DNA from: Callorhinchus milii
Taxonomy: Eukaryota
DNA length: 64,000 bases
Reading direction: 5' to 3'
Assembly: GCF_018977255.1 (NCBI RefSeq)
Contig: NW_024704742.1
Location: 46,750,001-46,814,000 of the forward strand
Shown one piece after another: positions 1 to 11,930 of the stretch (position 1 is its first letter; each line of letters starts with the position of its first letter). Position numbers and translations under genes: made by a program. The notes beneath the pieces were generated by a model, which saw only the letters and a list, made by a program, of their open reading frames with translations, searched no databases and was not told the DNA's origin.

Positions 1-195
1 CAAAACCCAAAACAATAATAAATTGGTCATTTTCAATCCACGACTGTTTGTGGGACACTACTGTGCGCAATTGGCTGCCGCGTTCGCCCACAAACATACA
101 GTCAATTCACTTTACAGTGTGTTCTGTGAAGCGCTTTGGGACGTCCTCCCGACGTGAAAAGCGCTATATCGAATGCAAGGATTATTATTATTATT
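1..195 (+). mobile_element. Young tRNA-derived SINE, 3' part (cut by window edge)
   Basis: Near-identical to the 3' part of the copy at 40712-41041; (ATT)n tail. Confidence 0.9.
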
Positions 196-300
196 GTAAC
201 ATCGGTTTCATTACACAAAAGCCCAGGTAAAGAGAGTGCCAAATTGGAAAGAAAAAAAAAGGACAATCTGGTTACACAGCTGAGCCAAAGCACTTTCCCC

Positions 301-352
301 CACTCACACACACACACACACAGTGAGTGAGTGAGAGTGAGTGAGTGTGAGT
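301..352. repeat. (CA)n and (GTGA)n microsatellites
   Basis: Seen directly. Confidence 0.85.
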
Positions 353-487
353 TCTCCTGTAGGGCACTGCATTAGCTGCTGAACTCCACTGTAAAGTTTT
401 GCAAAACTTTGTGGCCCAGCCTTGGAGCTTTTGAGGAGAGTTGTATTTTAATGACAGTACTTTCTTGCACACAGTTCTCTGGCTGAT

Positions 488-528
488 GGGGGGGGGTGGG
501 GGTGGGGGGGTGGGGGTGGGGGGGGGGG
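488..528 (+). repeat. G-run tract with G-quadruplex potential
   Basis: Five runs of at least 5 G separated by single T. Confidence 0.8.
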
Positions 529-540
529 ATGGAAACCTAC

Positions 541-900
541 CTGAACACACAGCTGGTGAGTGTGGGTGTCCCTCTGGGGCTGTGAAGTCTGTCTCACTTA
601 TTGCAACGACTGGAAACCCTCCAAACACAACAGCAGCAGGAAATCTGACTGTGTGTGTGTGGACACTGAGTGTCACTCACTGCACCTCCCACTCCCACTC
701 CCAGGGCTCCTGGGGGCGTTGGTTTGGTATTTACTCTCTCTCTCTCTCTCTCTTTCTCTCACTTTTTCTTTCTCTCTCCCCGGAATTTCTCCCGTTTTGA
801 CCAGGTTCAGCCTCCGCTGCACTGAGCGAGTGAGCGAGTGAGAGAGAGGCAGGAAACGCAGTCAGGGACTGGGAGGAGCAGCTCCTGGGGGCGCCCCGCC
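541..900 (-). promoter_or_regulatory. Candidate promoter and non-coding first exon of a minus-strand gene (possibly ARAP2)
   Basis: GC-rich patch with CpGs; Sp/KLF box GGCGGGGC on the minus strand (893-900); minus-strand donor TTCAG|GTAGGT at 541/540; position head-to-head with DTHD1. Confidence 0.4.
734..779. repeat. (CT)n pyrimidine tract
   Basis: Seen directly. Confidence 0.85.
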
Positions 901-902
901 TT

Positions 903-3900
903 CACAGCACAGCCCAGCACAGACCAGCACAGCCCAGACCAGCACCAACACCAGCACAGCCCAGCACAGCACAGCACAGCCCAGCACAGCCCAGCACAGC
1001 CCAGCACAGACCAGCACAGCCCAACACAGCACAGACCAGCACAGCCCAGCACAGCACCAACACAGCACAGACCAGCACAGCACAGCACAGCCCAGCACAG
1101 CACAACACAGACCAGCACAGCCCAGCACAGCCCAGACCAGCCCAGCCCAGCACCAACACCAGCACAGCACAGACCAGCACAGCACAGCACAGCCCAGCAC
1201 AGCACAACACAGACCAGCACAGCCCAGCACAGCCCAGACCAGCCCAGCCCAGCACCAACACCAGCACAGCACAGACCAGCACAGCACAGACCAGCACAGC
1301 ACAGACCAGCACAGCACAGACCAGCACAGCACAGACCAGCCCAGCCCAGCACAGCACAGACCAGCACAGCACAGCCCAGCACAGCACAGACCAGCACAAC
1401 ACAGCACAGCACAGACCAGCACAACACAGCACAGACCAGCACAGCCCAACACAGCACAGCCCAGCACAGCCCAACACAGCACAGCCCAGCACAGCCCAAC
1501 ACAGCACAGCCCAACACAGCACAGACCAGCACAGCCCAGCACCAACACCAGCACAGCACAGACCAGCACAACACCAGCACAGCACAGACCAGCACAACAC
1601 CAACACAGCACAGACCAGCACAACACCAACACCAGCACAGCCCAACACAGACCGGCACAGCCCAACACCAGCACAGCACAGACCAGCACAGCCCAACACA
1701 ACACAGACCAGCACAGCCCAACACAGCACAGACCAGCACAGCCCAACACAACACAGCACAGACCAGCACAGCCCAACACAGCACAGACCAGCACAGCCCA
1801 ACACAGCACAGCCCAACACAGCACAGACCAGCACAGCCCAACACAGCACAGACCAGCACAGCCCAGCACCAACACCAGACAGCACAGACCAGCACAGCCC
1901 AACACAGCACAGCACAGACCAGCACAGCCCAACACAGACCAGCACAGCCCAGCACCAGCACAGACCAGCACAACACCAACACAGCACAGACGAGCCCAAC
2001 ACCAGCACAGACCAGCACAGCCCAACACAGCACAGCCCAGCACCAACACAGCCCAACACCAACACAGACCAGCACAACACAGACCAGCACAACACCAACA
2101 CAGCACAGCCCAACACCAGCACAGCCAACGCAACACCAGCACAGCCAACGCAACACCAGCACAACACCAACACAACACAGCACAGACCAGCACAACACAA
2201 CACAGCACAGACCAGCACAGCCCAACACAGCACAGACCAGCACAGCCCAACACAGCACAGACCAGCACAGCCCAACACAGCACAGACCAGCACAGCCCAA
2301 CACAGCACAGACCAGCACAACACCAACACCAGCACAGACCAGCACAGCACAGACCAGCACAGCCCAACACCAGCACAGCACAGACCAGCACAGCCCAACA
2401 CAGCACAGACCAGCACAGCCCAACACAGCACAGACCAGCACAGCCCAACACAGCACAGCACAGACCAGCACAGCCCAACACCAGCACAGCACCAGCACAG
2501 CCCAACACCAGCACCAGCACCAGCACAGCCCAACACCAGCACCAGCACAGACCAGCACAGCCCAACACCAGCACAGACCAGCACAACACCAACACAACAC
2601 AGACCAGCACAAAACCAGCACAGCACAACACCTACACCAGCACAGCACAGACCAGCACAGCACCAGCACAGCCCAACACAACACCAGCACAACACCAACA
2701 CAACAGACCAGCACAACACCAACACAACACAACACCAGCACAACACCAACACCAGCACAACACCAACACCAGCACAGCCCAACACCAGACCAGCACAACA
2801 CCAACACAACACCAGCACAACACCAACACCAGCACAGCCCAACACCAACCAGCACAGCCCAACACCAGCACCAGCTCAACACCAGCCCAACACCAACACA
2901 ACACCAACACCAGCACAGCCCAACACCAACACCAGCCCAACACCAGCACAACACCAACACCAGCCCAACACCAGCTCAGCCCAACACCAGCCCAACACCA
3001 GCACAACACCAGCACAACACCAACACCAGCTCAACACCAACACCAACCCAACACCAACACCAGCTCAACCCAACACCAACACCAGCACAACACCAGCTCA
3101 GCCCAACACCAGCACAACACCAACACCAGCTCAGCCCAGCACCAGCACAACACCAACACCAGCTCAACCCAACACCAGCTCAGCCCAACACCAGCTCAGC
3201 CCAACACCAACACCAGCACAACACCAACTCAACCCAACACCAACACCAGCACAACACCAACACCAGCTCAGCCCAACACCAGCACAACACCAACACCAGC
3301 TCAGCCCAACACCAGCACAACACCAACACCAGCTCAGCCCAACACCAACACCAGCTCAGCCCAACACCAACACCAGCACAACACCAACTCAACCCAACAC
3401 CAACACCAGCACAACACCAACACCAGCTCAGCCCAACACCAGCACAACACCAACACCAGCTCAACACCAACCCAACACCAACACCAGCTCAACCCAACAC
3501 CAACACCAGCACAACACCAGCTCAGCCCAACACCAGCAGAACACCAACACCAGCTCAGCCCAGCACCAGCACAACACCAACACCAGCTCAACCCAACACC
3601 AGCTCAGCCCAACACCAGCTCAGCCCAACACCAACACCAGCACAACACCAACTCAACCCAACACCAACACCAGCACAACACCAACACCAGCTCAGCCCAA
3701 CACCAGCACAACACCAACACCAGCTCAGCCCAACACCAACACCAGCTCAGCCCAACACCAACACCAGCTCAGCCCAACACCAACACCAGCTCAGCCCAAC
3801 ACCAGCTCAGCCCAACACCAGCTCAGCCCAACACCAGCTCAGCCCGACACCAACACCAATCAGCTCAGCCCAACACCAACCGGCTCAGGCCAACCCCAAC

Positions 3901-4590
3901 ACCAACCAGCTCAGCTCAACACCAACACCAGCTCAGCCCAACACCAACACCAGCCAGCTCAGCCCAACACCAACCGGCTCAGCCCAACACCAACCAGCTC
4001 AGCTCAACACCAACACCAGCTCAGCCCAACACCAACACCAACCAGCTCAGCCCAACACCAACCAGCTCAACCCAACACCAACACCAACCAGCTCAGCCCC
4101 AACCAGCTCAGCCCAACACCAACCAGCCCAACACCAACCAGCTCAGCCCAACACCAACCAGCTCAGCCCAACACCAACCAGCCCAGCCCCAACCAGCTCA
4201 GCCCAACACCAACCAGCCCAACACCAACTAGCTTAGCCCAACACCAACCAGCTCAGTCCAACACCAACCAGCTCAGCCCAACACCAGCACCAACCAGCTC
4301 AACCCAACACCAACAAGCTCAGCACCAAACAGCTCAGCCCAAATTCAAACAGCTCATCCCTGCACCAAATAGCTCAGCCCAATACCAAACAGCTCAGCCC
4401 TGCACCAAACAGCTCAGCCCAATACCAAACAGCTCAGCCCTGCACCAAACAGCTCAGCCCAATACCAAACAGCTCAGCCCTGCTCCAAACAGCTCAGCCC
4501 AATACCAAAGAGCTCATCCCTACACTAAACAGCTCAGCTCAGCCCAACACCATAAACTCAGCTCAGCCCAACAATTACAGCTCAGCTCAG
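903..4590. repeat. 3.7-kb complex tandem array (CAGCA/CAGCC/CAGAC/CAACA grading into CAGCTCAGCCCAACAC and 20/40-bp units)
   Basis: Seen directly; no T on the + strand from 903 to 2632. Confidence 0.97.
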
Positions 4591-4617
4591 CCAGGCACTG
4601 CACTGCCCAACACTATA

Positions 4618-4729
4618 GAGTCAAAACGTTGACTCACTTTTACTATAGATGCTGCCTGACCTGCTGAGTGATCCCAGCGACTACTGTTTTGTTTTCATAT
4701 TTCCAGCACCTGCAGTATTTTGGGTTTTG
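4618..4729 (+). mobile_element. Short fragment of a chondrichthyan interspersed repeat (Penelope-associated type)
   Basis: Motif gatgctgcctgacctgctgagt...tttccagcacctgcagtatttt; flanked by ACTATA at 4612-4617 and 4730-4735. Confidence 0.5.
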
Positions 4730-4893
4730 ACTATACAATTCAGCTCAGCCAGGCACTGCACAACACTGCAACCAGAGCAGCCACTGAAACACCCTGCTTT
4801 TGCCCTTTTCCTCGCACTGATACTTTCCCCATCTGCTGCTTTTTATAATAATAATCCTTGCATTTGAACTACTCATTGATATATTCCTGCATG

Positions 4894-5185
4894 AGAAATC
4901 CTGTAGCTCAGTGGTTAGAGTACTCACCTCGCAAGCGAGAGACCTAGGTTTAATTCCCGGCAGGCCGAAACCTTGGGCAAATTTGATCACTCCACATGCC
5001 TGATAATAATCCCAATATTACCTGATAATAATCCCAATAATATTTGTGGTACAGTGTTGTGCGCAATTGGCCGCCACGTTTCGCCCACAAAATATACAGT
5101 CAATTCACTTTACAGTATATTCTGTGAAGCGCTTTGAGACGTCTAGAAGACATGAGAAGCACTGTATCAAATATTATTATAATAA
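4894..5185 (+). mobile_element. tRNA-derived SINE
   Basis: A box tgtagctcagtgg, B-box-like ggtttaattccc, SINE body and ATT tail. Confidence 0.85.
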
Positions 5186-5507
5186 TATTACAGAATATAC
5201 TGTGAAATGTGGATTCACTGTATATTTTGTGTGTGAAACGCAGCAGCCAATTGCGCACAGCAGTGTCCCACAAACAGTGGTGGATTGAGGGACCAAATTT
5301 TGTTTAATTTTATATATTTTTAAGGGATTATTACCCCTAGAAAAGCGACACGCTAATCGACTAACAACCAGGTTCCTACTTACTGCTAGGTAAACAGAGG
5401 TATGTGGAGCAAGGAAACTTGCCAACATTTTGCCCTGCCCAGGAATCAAACCTAGGTCCTTTTGCTTGCAAGGCGAGTGCTCTAACCTCTACGTTACAGG
5501 ATTTCAC
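5186..5507 (-). mobile_element. tRNA-derived SINE, long subfamily, inverted relative to its neighbour
   Basis: Reverse complement of head plus the insert ctgtttacctagcagtaagtaggaacc...gttagtcgatt. Confidence 0.85.
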
Positions 5508-6289
5508 TTTTGTTCCCCTCCTGCTGTTGCTTTTTCCTCCCCCCTTCTGCTTCCTTTGTCTCTACGATAAGGCAGTTGAAATGACATATTAAATAATAAA
5601 TTATCCTTGCAGTTGATATTATCCCTTTCACATTGAGGGAACATTTCAAAGTGCTTCACATGATTTTACAGTAAAGTGTAGTGATTGGGTCATTTGTAGG
5701 CAAAAGGTAGCAGCCAATTTATAAACAGCAACATCCCACAAACAGGCATGAAATAAATGATCAAATTGTAGCTCATCCAATACAGTGCAGGCTGAGAAGG
5801 GCTGTAGTTCAAGGCTATTCAGAAATAGTAACAGCAAAAATTAGTGACAGCAAAAGGAACCCAAACGGTTCAGTCTTTTTTTGATGTTGTTCCTATTTAA
5901 TATCTGTGATCCTGCTGTTTTAGAGTCATATCAGTAAGAGACTGATATCTGTTAATTTGAAACCATTCAAAGCTAAACAGTCTAGTTTTCGGAATGGATC
6001 TTCTGAAAAATAATAACAATTAAACAAAGTAAACAAAACACTTATTTATTTTAAATAAAAGTTTACTTCCCTCCCCCTTATTCCCTCTCTAATTCTATAA
6101 GTTTTTAGATCCCTCACAGTGAAACTGGCATCCACTGACTGCCTACTATCCCACCATTGATGGACAAGCCTTCACCAATTTGTGCCCCTGTATCTGAACT
6201 CTTCCTCATAATCCCACGCCCCTTTCCTCTCCACTTTCAAATCCCACTTGAAGACCTATTTCTTTGACTGTTGATAAACATTTAAAATT

Positions 6290-6500
6290 AAACAAAATGT
6301 TGGTGAAGTTCAGACGAACGTCAGGAAATGGAATTTGCCAGGCGAGGCTGTTGGAGCAGGGTTGATTCGAAAAAGCATTCAAAAAAGAATTAGACGAGCA
6401 AATGCCAAGAAAGGACATTTGAGTGTTTGGGGAAAGAGCAGCGAACTAGGGTTAAGATGACATGAAAAAATGAGACAAAAAAGCCTCCTTCTATGACAGC
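6290..6500 (+). mobile_element. Degenerate CR1 LINE 3' fragment
   Basis: tggaatttgcca...ttcaaaaaagaattagac resembles the CR1 ORF2 C-terminus (WNxLP...FKxELD) seen intact in ORF 46667..47299. Confidence 0.5.
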
Positions 6501-6537
6501 TGTTTTGAATCATTCTGGAGATGGGAAGCAAATTCAA

Positions 6538-6940
6538 AGATCTTGCATTTTTATAGGGCCTTTACCGTACCTTATTACTTCAAAATATCTCAAAATATTT
6601 CACAAGACATTACTATTAAGTACATACATATAGATACTGAACTTGTGAGTAATTATAGCAGCCATTTGAACCAGCAAAGATCCACAAGAAGCCCCAAGTT
6701 GAATGAATATTAGAGGAATATTCTTGCTGGCTTGGACACCATGAGAAACTCACTCCCCTTGGTAAATGGAATCTTTAATATCCACCAAAACAAACAAACC
6801 TCGCTTTCACGTTTCATCTGAAAAAGCAGCACCTCTGACAATGTAGTACTCTCCCCACTACTGCATTGGAGTGACAGCTTGGTCATTGAACTCAAGTGCC
6901 AATGTGAGACTTGAAGTCACAACCTTCTGATCCAAATGCA
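6538..6940 (-). mobile_element. Old DeuSINE (SacSINE1-like)
   Basis: Reverse complement of the Deu domain (tttcatctgaaaaagcagcacctctgacaatgtagtactc) and head (cacaaccttctga). Confidence 0.7.
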
Positions 6941-6955
6941 AACACAATAGCAACA

Positions 6956-7642
6956 TAGAGTCCTGTAGCTCAGCGGTTAGAGAACTCGTTCCACGAGCGA
7001 GAGGATCTGGGTTTGATTCCCGGCAGGGCAAAACGTTGGACAAGTTTCCTTACTCCACACGCCTCTGTTTACCTAGTAGTAAGTAGAAAAAATGGATGTT
7101 AGTCGATTGGCGGATCGCTTTTCCAGGAGTAATAATTCCTCCAAAATAAATAATATTTAATAATAAATAATATAAATAATATGTGGAGTCCTGTAGCTCA
7201 GTGGTTAGAGCATTCCTTGGGCAAGTTTCCTTACTCCACACAGAGCCTAATAATAATCCCTCCAAAAACCAAAAATAATAATAAATTGGTCATTTTCAAT
7301 CTACGACTGTTTGTGGGATATTGCTGTGCGCAATTGGCTGCCGCGTTTGCCCACAAATATACAGTCAATTCACTTAACAGTGTGTTCTGTGAAGCACTTT
7401 GGGACGTCCTCCCGACGTGAAAAGCGCTATATCAAATGCAAGGATTATTACTATTATTAATAATAATAATTTGGTCACTCAATCCACAACTGTTTGGCGG
7501 GCACTGCTGTGCGCAATTGGCTTTCGCACTTCGCCCACAAAATATACAGTCAATTCACTTTACAGTATATGCTGTGAAGCGCTTTGAGACGTCTGGAAGA
7601 TGTGAAGATGGCGCTATATCAAATACAAGGATTATTATTATT
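6956..7642 (+). mobile_element. Tandem cluster of three SINE pieces (long-subfamily 5' part, short-subfamily copy, 3' half)
   Basis: Heads at ~6956 and 7182; bodies and ATT tails ending ~7470 and ~7642. Confidence 0.85.
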
Positions 7643-7724
7643 AGGGGTAGTAGTAGTAGTAGCCAAGCTGCCACTTTAAAGCCATATGCAGAGTTCTGCC
7701 TTTGCCAACTGCAGAATAATATAG

Positions 7725-8960
7725 CTCTACTTGAATCACTGTGCAATCGGGCTTCCGTGCCGCCCACAGCACAGAAACTACCCTGGTCAAAGTGACAAAT
7801 GACATTCTATCCATCTGCAACCAGGGCTCCCTCTGCCTCCTCGTCCTCCTTGACCTCACTGCTGCTTTCAACACCATCAACCACTCTATCCTCATCCACC
7901 ACCTCTCCTCTCACCTCAATTTCCACGGCGTTGTCCTTGAATGGTTCAGATCATACCTCTCACACCGCCTGCACTTCATCTCCTCAAACGGTTTCTCCTC
8001 TAGCCCCCAAACCATCTTGTGCTCCGTTCCTCAGGGCTCAGTCCTTGGTCCCCTCCTCTTCAATATCTATTTGCTCCCTCTTGGTGACATCATCCGCAGA
8101 CAGGGGGTCAACTTCCAATGTATGCGGATGATACCCAACTCTATCTCTCTGCCTCCACACTTGACTCCATGATCACTGCTGTCCTGACAGAGTGTGTATC
8201 AGACATCAAGTCCTGGATGAGAGCCAACTTTCTTCAGTTGAACAGCAATAAGACCGAGGCTCTCCTGATTGGCTATCGTCAGCGCCTCCACACCTCAGGC
8301 CTTGACAGTATTACCATCCATAGTTGCACAATCCACCTCACTGAGCCGGTCCAGAACCTTGGGGTCTTGTTTGACCCTCAACTATCCTTTCTACCCCACA
8401 TCTGTGCCATGACTTGCTCTGCCTTCCCCCACCTCCGCAACATCACCCGGCTCCAACTCTGTCTCACACCACAGGCCGCCAAAACCCTCATACATGCTTT
8501 CATTACATCGAGGCTTGAGTATGCAAACTCCGTTCTTGTCGGCCTCCCCAACTCCTCCCTCCACAGGCTGCAGATCATCCAGAACTCTGCAGCCCACATC
8601 CTCTCCCGCACTAGGCTGCACGACCCTATCACTCCCATCCTTGCCCAACTCCAGTGGCTTGCGATCACACGGAGAATACAGTTCAAGATCCTGGTCCTCA
8701 CCTTCAAAGCCCTCCACGGTCTTCCTCCCCTCTACCTCTCCAACCTCCTAAACCCCTAACATCCTGTTCACTCCCTCCACTCAGCGGGCTCCAGCCTGCT
8801 TCACATCCCCCGCCTTGCTCGCCCCACTATCAGCAGGAAGGCCTTTCGTCACTCTGCACCTACCCTCTGGAACGCCATCCCACAGTCCCTCCGTCCGTCC
8901 CCTTCCTTGACACCTTCAAGACCCACCTCAAGACCCGCCTCTTCGACCGTGCTTTTGATC
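7725..8960 (+). mobile_element. L2-clade LINE, 5'-truncated, RT and C-terminal part of ORF2 (frameshifted)
   Basis: ORFs 7741..8172 ([31 protein letters not shown]) and 8118..8759 (YADDTQLY, NFLQLN..KTE). A 1-bp deletion precedes YADD relative to the copy at 54991. Confidence 0.95.
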
Positions 8961-8989
8961 TCAATGTTAATGTTTCTATGTAACAAGTG

Positions 8990-9480
8990 GTTAATTGATA
9001 TTATCCAAGGAATCTGGGCAAATTAAGAGAAAGGTTAAGAAATAGTAAATGGAATTTAATATGGAAACATGTGCACTGGAGTCTGAAAGAAACATAAAAC
9101 ACAAGTATATATGATGGATGGATTCCAATGGCAAAAGTAGAAAGAGAAAAAAACATTTGGAGCTGATTATAGACATTTCCAGTTAATGTGAAACCATTAT
9201 TAATAAAGCGAATTAAGGTGGAATTCAGGAGATCTGATAATGTTCAGATACATTAATTTAACCCAACATAAACATAGTTTGGCCACATTTGCAAAGGTAC
9301 AAATTCTCAAATTTTAACTTGTTCACTTCAGTAACTTGAGGTAGAATTTAACTTGTTGGCGTAAAAAAGATTAGGAGGTGACCTAATTCTGGTCTTTGGA
9401 TATGGTTTTATGGATAACAAACAGACTTTTTTGGGATTTCCGGACTAGGTATTGGTAAAATTCAAGGGAAATTAGAAATT
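8990..9480 (+). mobile_element. Highly degenerate CR1-like fragment
   Basis: atggaatttaatatggaaacatgt (ME-F-N..KC) and ggaggtgacctaatt (RGDLI-like) motifs. Confidence 0.4.
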
Positions 9481-11431
9481 AGTTATACAACATAATAGTG
9501 CCAGATCAAAACAGTTTCGCCCATATATTCTGAGATATCTCAAAGACAGGATAAGGCAGTATGTAAAATGCAAGGATTCTTATTATTATTATTTTATATC
9601 AAATAAATGTTGACAGTGCAGTATAAATCACATTTCAGAGCTATCTATTTGATTCTGAGCCCTGCTCGGAGGAGGTGGTTTTAAGGATTTAAATGAATGA
9701 ATCAAATCCTGCATGTAACTAAAAAAAAGTTTTATGATCTGATAGTCCTCTCTTAAGAGTTTAATGTTAAAGTTTTGGCTTTATTCTCAGCTCTTTAGTA
9801 ATGCTAGAAAAACTGATTAGATTTTGATTCTTAAAACTCTACCCCACATAGATGGTGCTTTATAAATGCAAGTTGCTGTTGTTCTTTGTGGGACGCCAAA
9901 TAAAATCGGTTATTCACTTCATAGCTGTTTCATAGAACTTCATTCACAATATTGCTGTGCCCAAATCCAGTACCACGTTCACCCACAAAGCACACAGTCA
10001 CTTTACAGTATATCCGGTGAAGCACTTTGGGATGTCCTCCTGACCTGAAATATGCTATACCAAATGCCAGGATTGCTATGTGCAAATTGGCTGCCGTGTT
10101 CGCCCACAAATACATAGCTCCTCTAACTTTACAGTCAATCACGATAAGCACATTGAGGCCTCCTCTGGACTGAAAAGTGTTGGTGTCGGGATCACCATTT
10201 ACATTTATTTTAAAAAGTTGTCATATTTATATATGGGAAAATATATTTCAGAAAAAACACCAAAATTTGACAGGAAATAAATGGTTGCAGTATTATGCCA
10301 GCTTACAAGTTTCTTTTTACAAAAAAGAAGCCAATAATTGAGGAAACCTCCAACTGGAGTAGATTGATGTTTTCTGGCCTTGTATTTAAAATAACTGGAA
10401 ACTACTGAATTTGAATTTGATTTCTATTTGAATGCATCTTACTTTATATTAAAGCTTCAGAGTCTCCAATGCCTTGGGCGCACATTCTTAATCACTGTAA
10501 GTGTCTGAACAACTTTAACAGTCTGACTTTATTAGATAAATTATTCTTATGCACTCTCCGATGGAATTTCGCATTTTACATTGGCGAACGAATAAACATG
10601 TCAAGCATAAAATAAACTATGTATCAATGCAACCTTTCACGGGCAATCTTGTAGTGAGCTGCTGTGGTTCCTTTCCATTTAGATAAGTAGTGTTACAAAT
10701 CACACAAGTGATTTATTCAGTCGTTTCATTTGAAATACAATGTGCATGATCTAAATTACCACCCACATTTCCACTGAGACTGGTATCATGTTTACAGGAA
10801 ACCGGCAAAGTAAACATCTTGAAGTAGAAATCATAAATAATTTATCCAATAATAAAACTCCATTTGAATTTTTATTATGTACAGTTTGTGCAAACGTTGT
10901 ATTTATGATTTAAAATATTCTCAATTTACTTAGTTCATTGGTAACTTATGACTGCAACAATGTTTTAATGCCCAAGAGCACTTGTACAAATCACCAGAAC
11001 TGGTCAATAGGCCTGGTCGCAAGCCATTGAGTAAAGCTCACTTCCTACCACAATGTATAACACACACTGCACCATGTGTGATCCACAGAAATGTGAGTAA
11101 TGGAAGATCAAACACAACTATTTTGACTCACTGCTGTGAAGGTGGGCATTATTCTACGAATGTAGCAATGGGTTCTGAATATATTTACTAACATTATAAG
11201 GTGCTTTTTAAAAGAAATGTATTTATTTTTTAACCATTATTTCTCTTGCCATCCAGCACATTACCCCAGTGACAATTATTTTCTCGTGAGCCTTGGGAGT
11301 AAGTGCCAGCAGACTATTTGGCGATGGATGGATACTTTTGCCCACTCCATCCTCAGGTTCCAGTCTTATCTGTACACCTGTCACTGGCAACCAGAAGCAA
11401 GAGCCCTGGCATTTTTCCTCTCCCTGGGGGA

Positions 11432-11545
11432 GAAATTCCACATGGATTAAACTTACTCTATTTTCTTAACATTTCAAAATGTCCAAAATTTGCCAAATTG
11501 TTGAATTCAGGCTTAACTTTGAATCTGGTTTGCTATAATTCTTAA
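11432..11545. mobile_element. MITE-like element, one arm only
   Basis: gaaattccacatggattaaacttactctatttt matches the arm at 53511; interior matches the reverse complement of ~23350-23380. Confidence 0.6.
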
Positions 11546-11748
11546 AAGAACTTACCTGATTAAAGTTGATCGCTAAGGTTCACTTATTGACTTACTTACT
11601 GAATGAACTCATCGAGAGAGCCAGTATTTAAATACAAATTAAATTAAACTGCTATCTACATTATATTTGACACAAGATTTTAGCATGCCATTTCTGCAGG
11701 GGAGAAAAAACAGGAAGAAAATCACCACATGGCATGTCCACTGCTATT

Positions 11749-11930
11749 CATAGAACCATAGACATTTACAGCACAGAAGAAGGCCATTTGGCCCATTGTA
11801 TCTGTGCTAGCTTTTCAAAGAGCGATCCATTCAGTCCCATTTAGCTGCCTTTTCTTAACAGCCCTGTAGTTTACTCCTTTTTAGATATGTACCTGCTTCC
11901 CTTCAGGAAGCTAATATAGATTCTGCCTCA
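11749..11930 (-). mobile_element. CR1 LINE 3' end
   Basis: catagaaccataga...acagcacagaagaaggccatttggccc is the reverse complement of a CR1 3' terminus. Confidence 0.7.

Noticed and set aside
48..330. Recurrent short ORFs (RNWLPRSPTNIQSIHF..., [19 protein letters not shown])
   Set aside because: Translations of SINE copies, recurring wherever the SINE occurs.
807..4236. Very long ORFs (1132, 717, 648, 589 aa) over the tandem array
   Set aside because: They follow from base composition: almost no T on + (no A on -) means almost no stop codons. Several frames on both strands are open, with no domain or splice support.
4330..4530. CRISPR-like appearance of regular 20-bp units
   Set aside because: Units are contiguous with no unique spacers, there are no cas genes and the context is vertebrate.
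4612..4660. Hammerhead ribozyme of the kind associated with Penelope-like repeats
   Set aside because: No CTGANGA core precedes the aaacg remnant.
7741..8759. Functional reverse transcriptase or retron-like gene
   Set aside because: 5'-truncated, frameshifted L2 ORF2. The RT fragments at 44.7-45.9, 46.6-47.6, 54.7-55.1 and 60.4-61.4 kb are likewise defective LINE copies.
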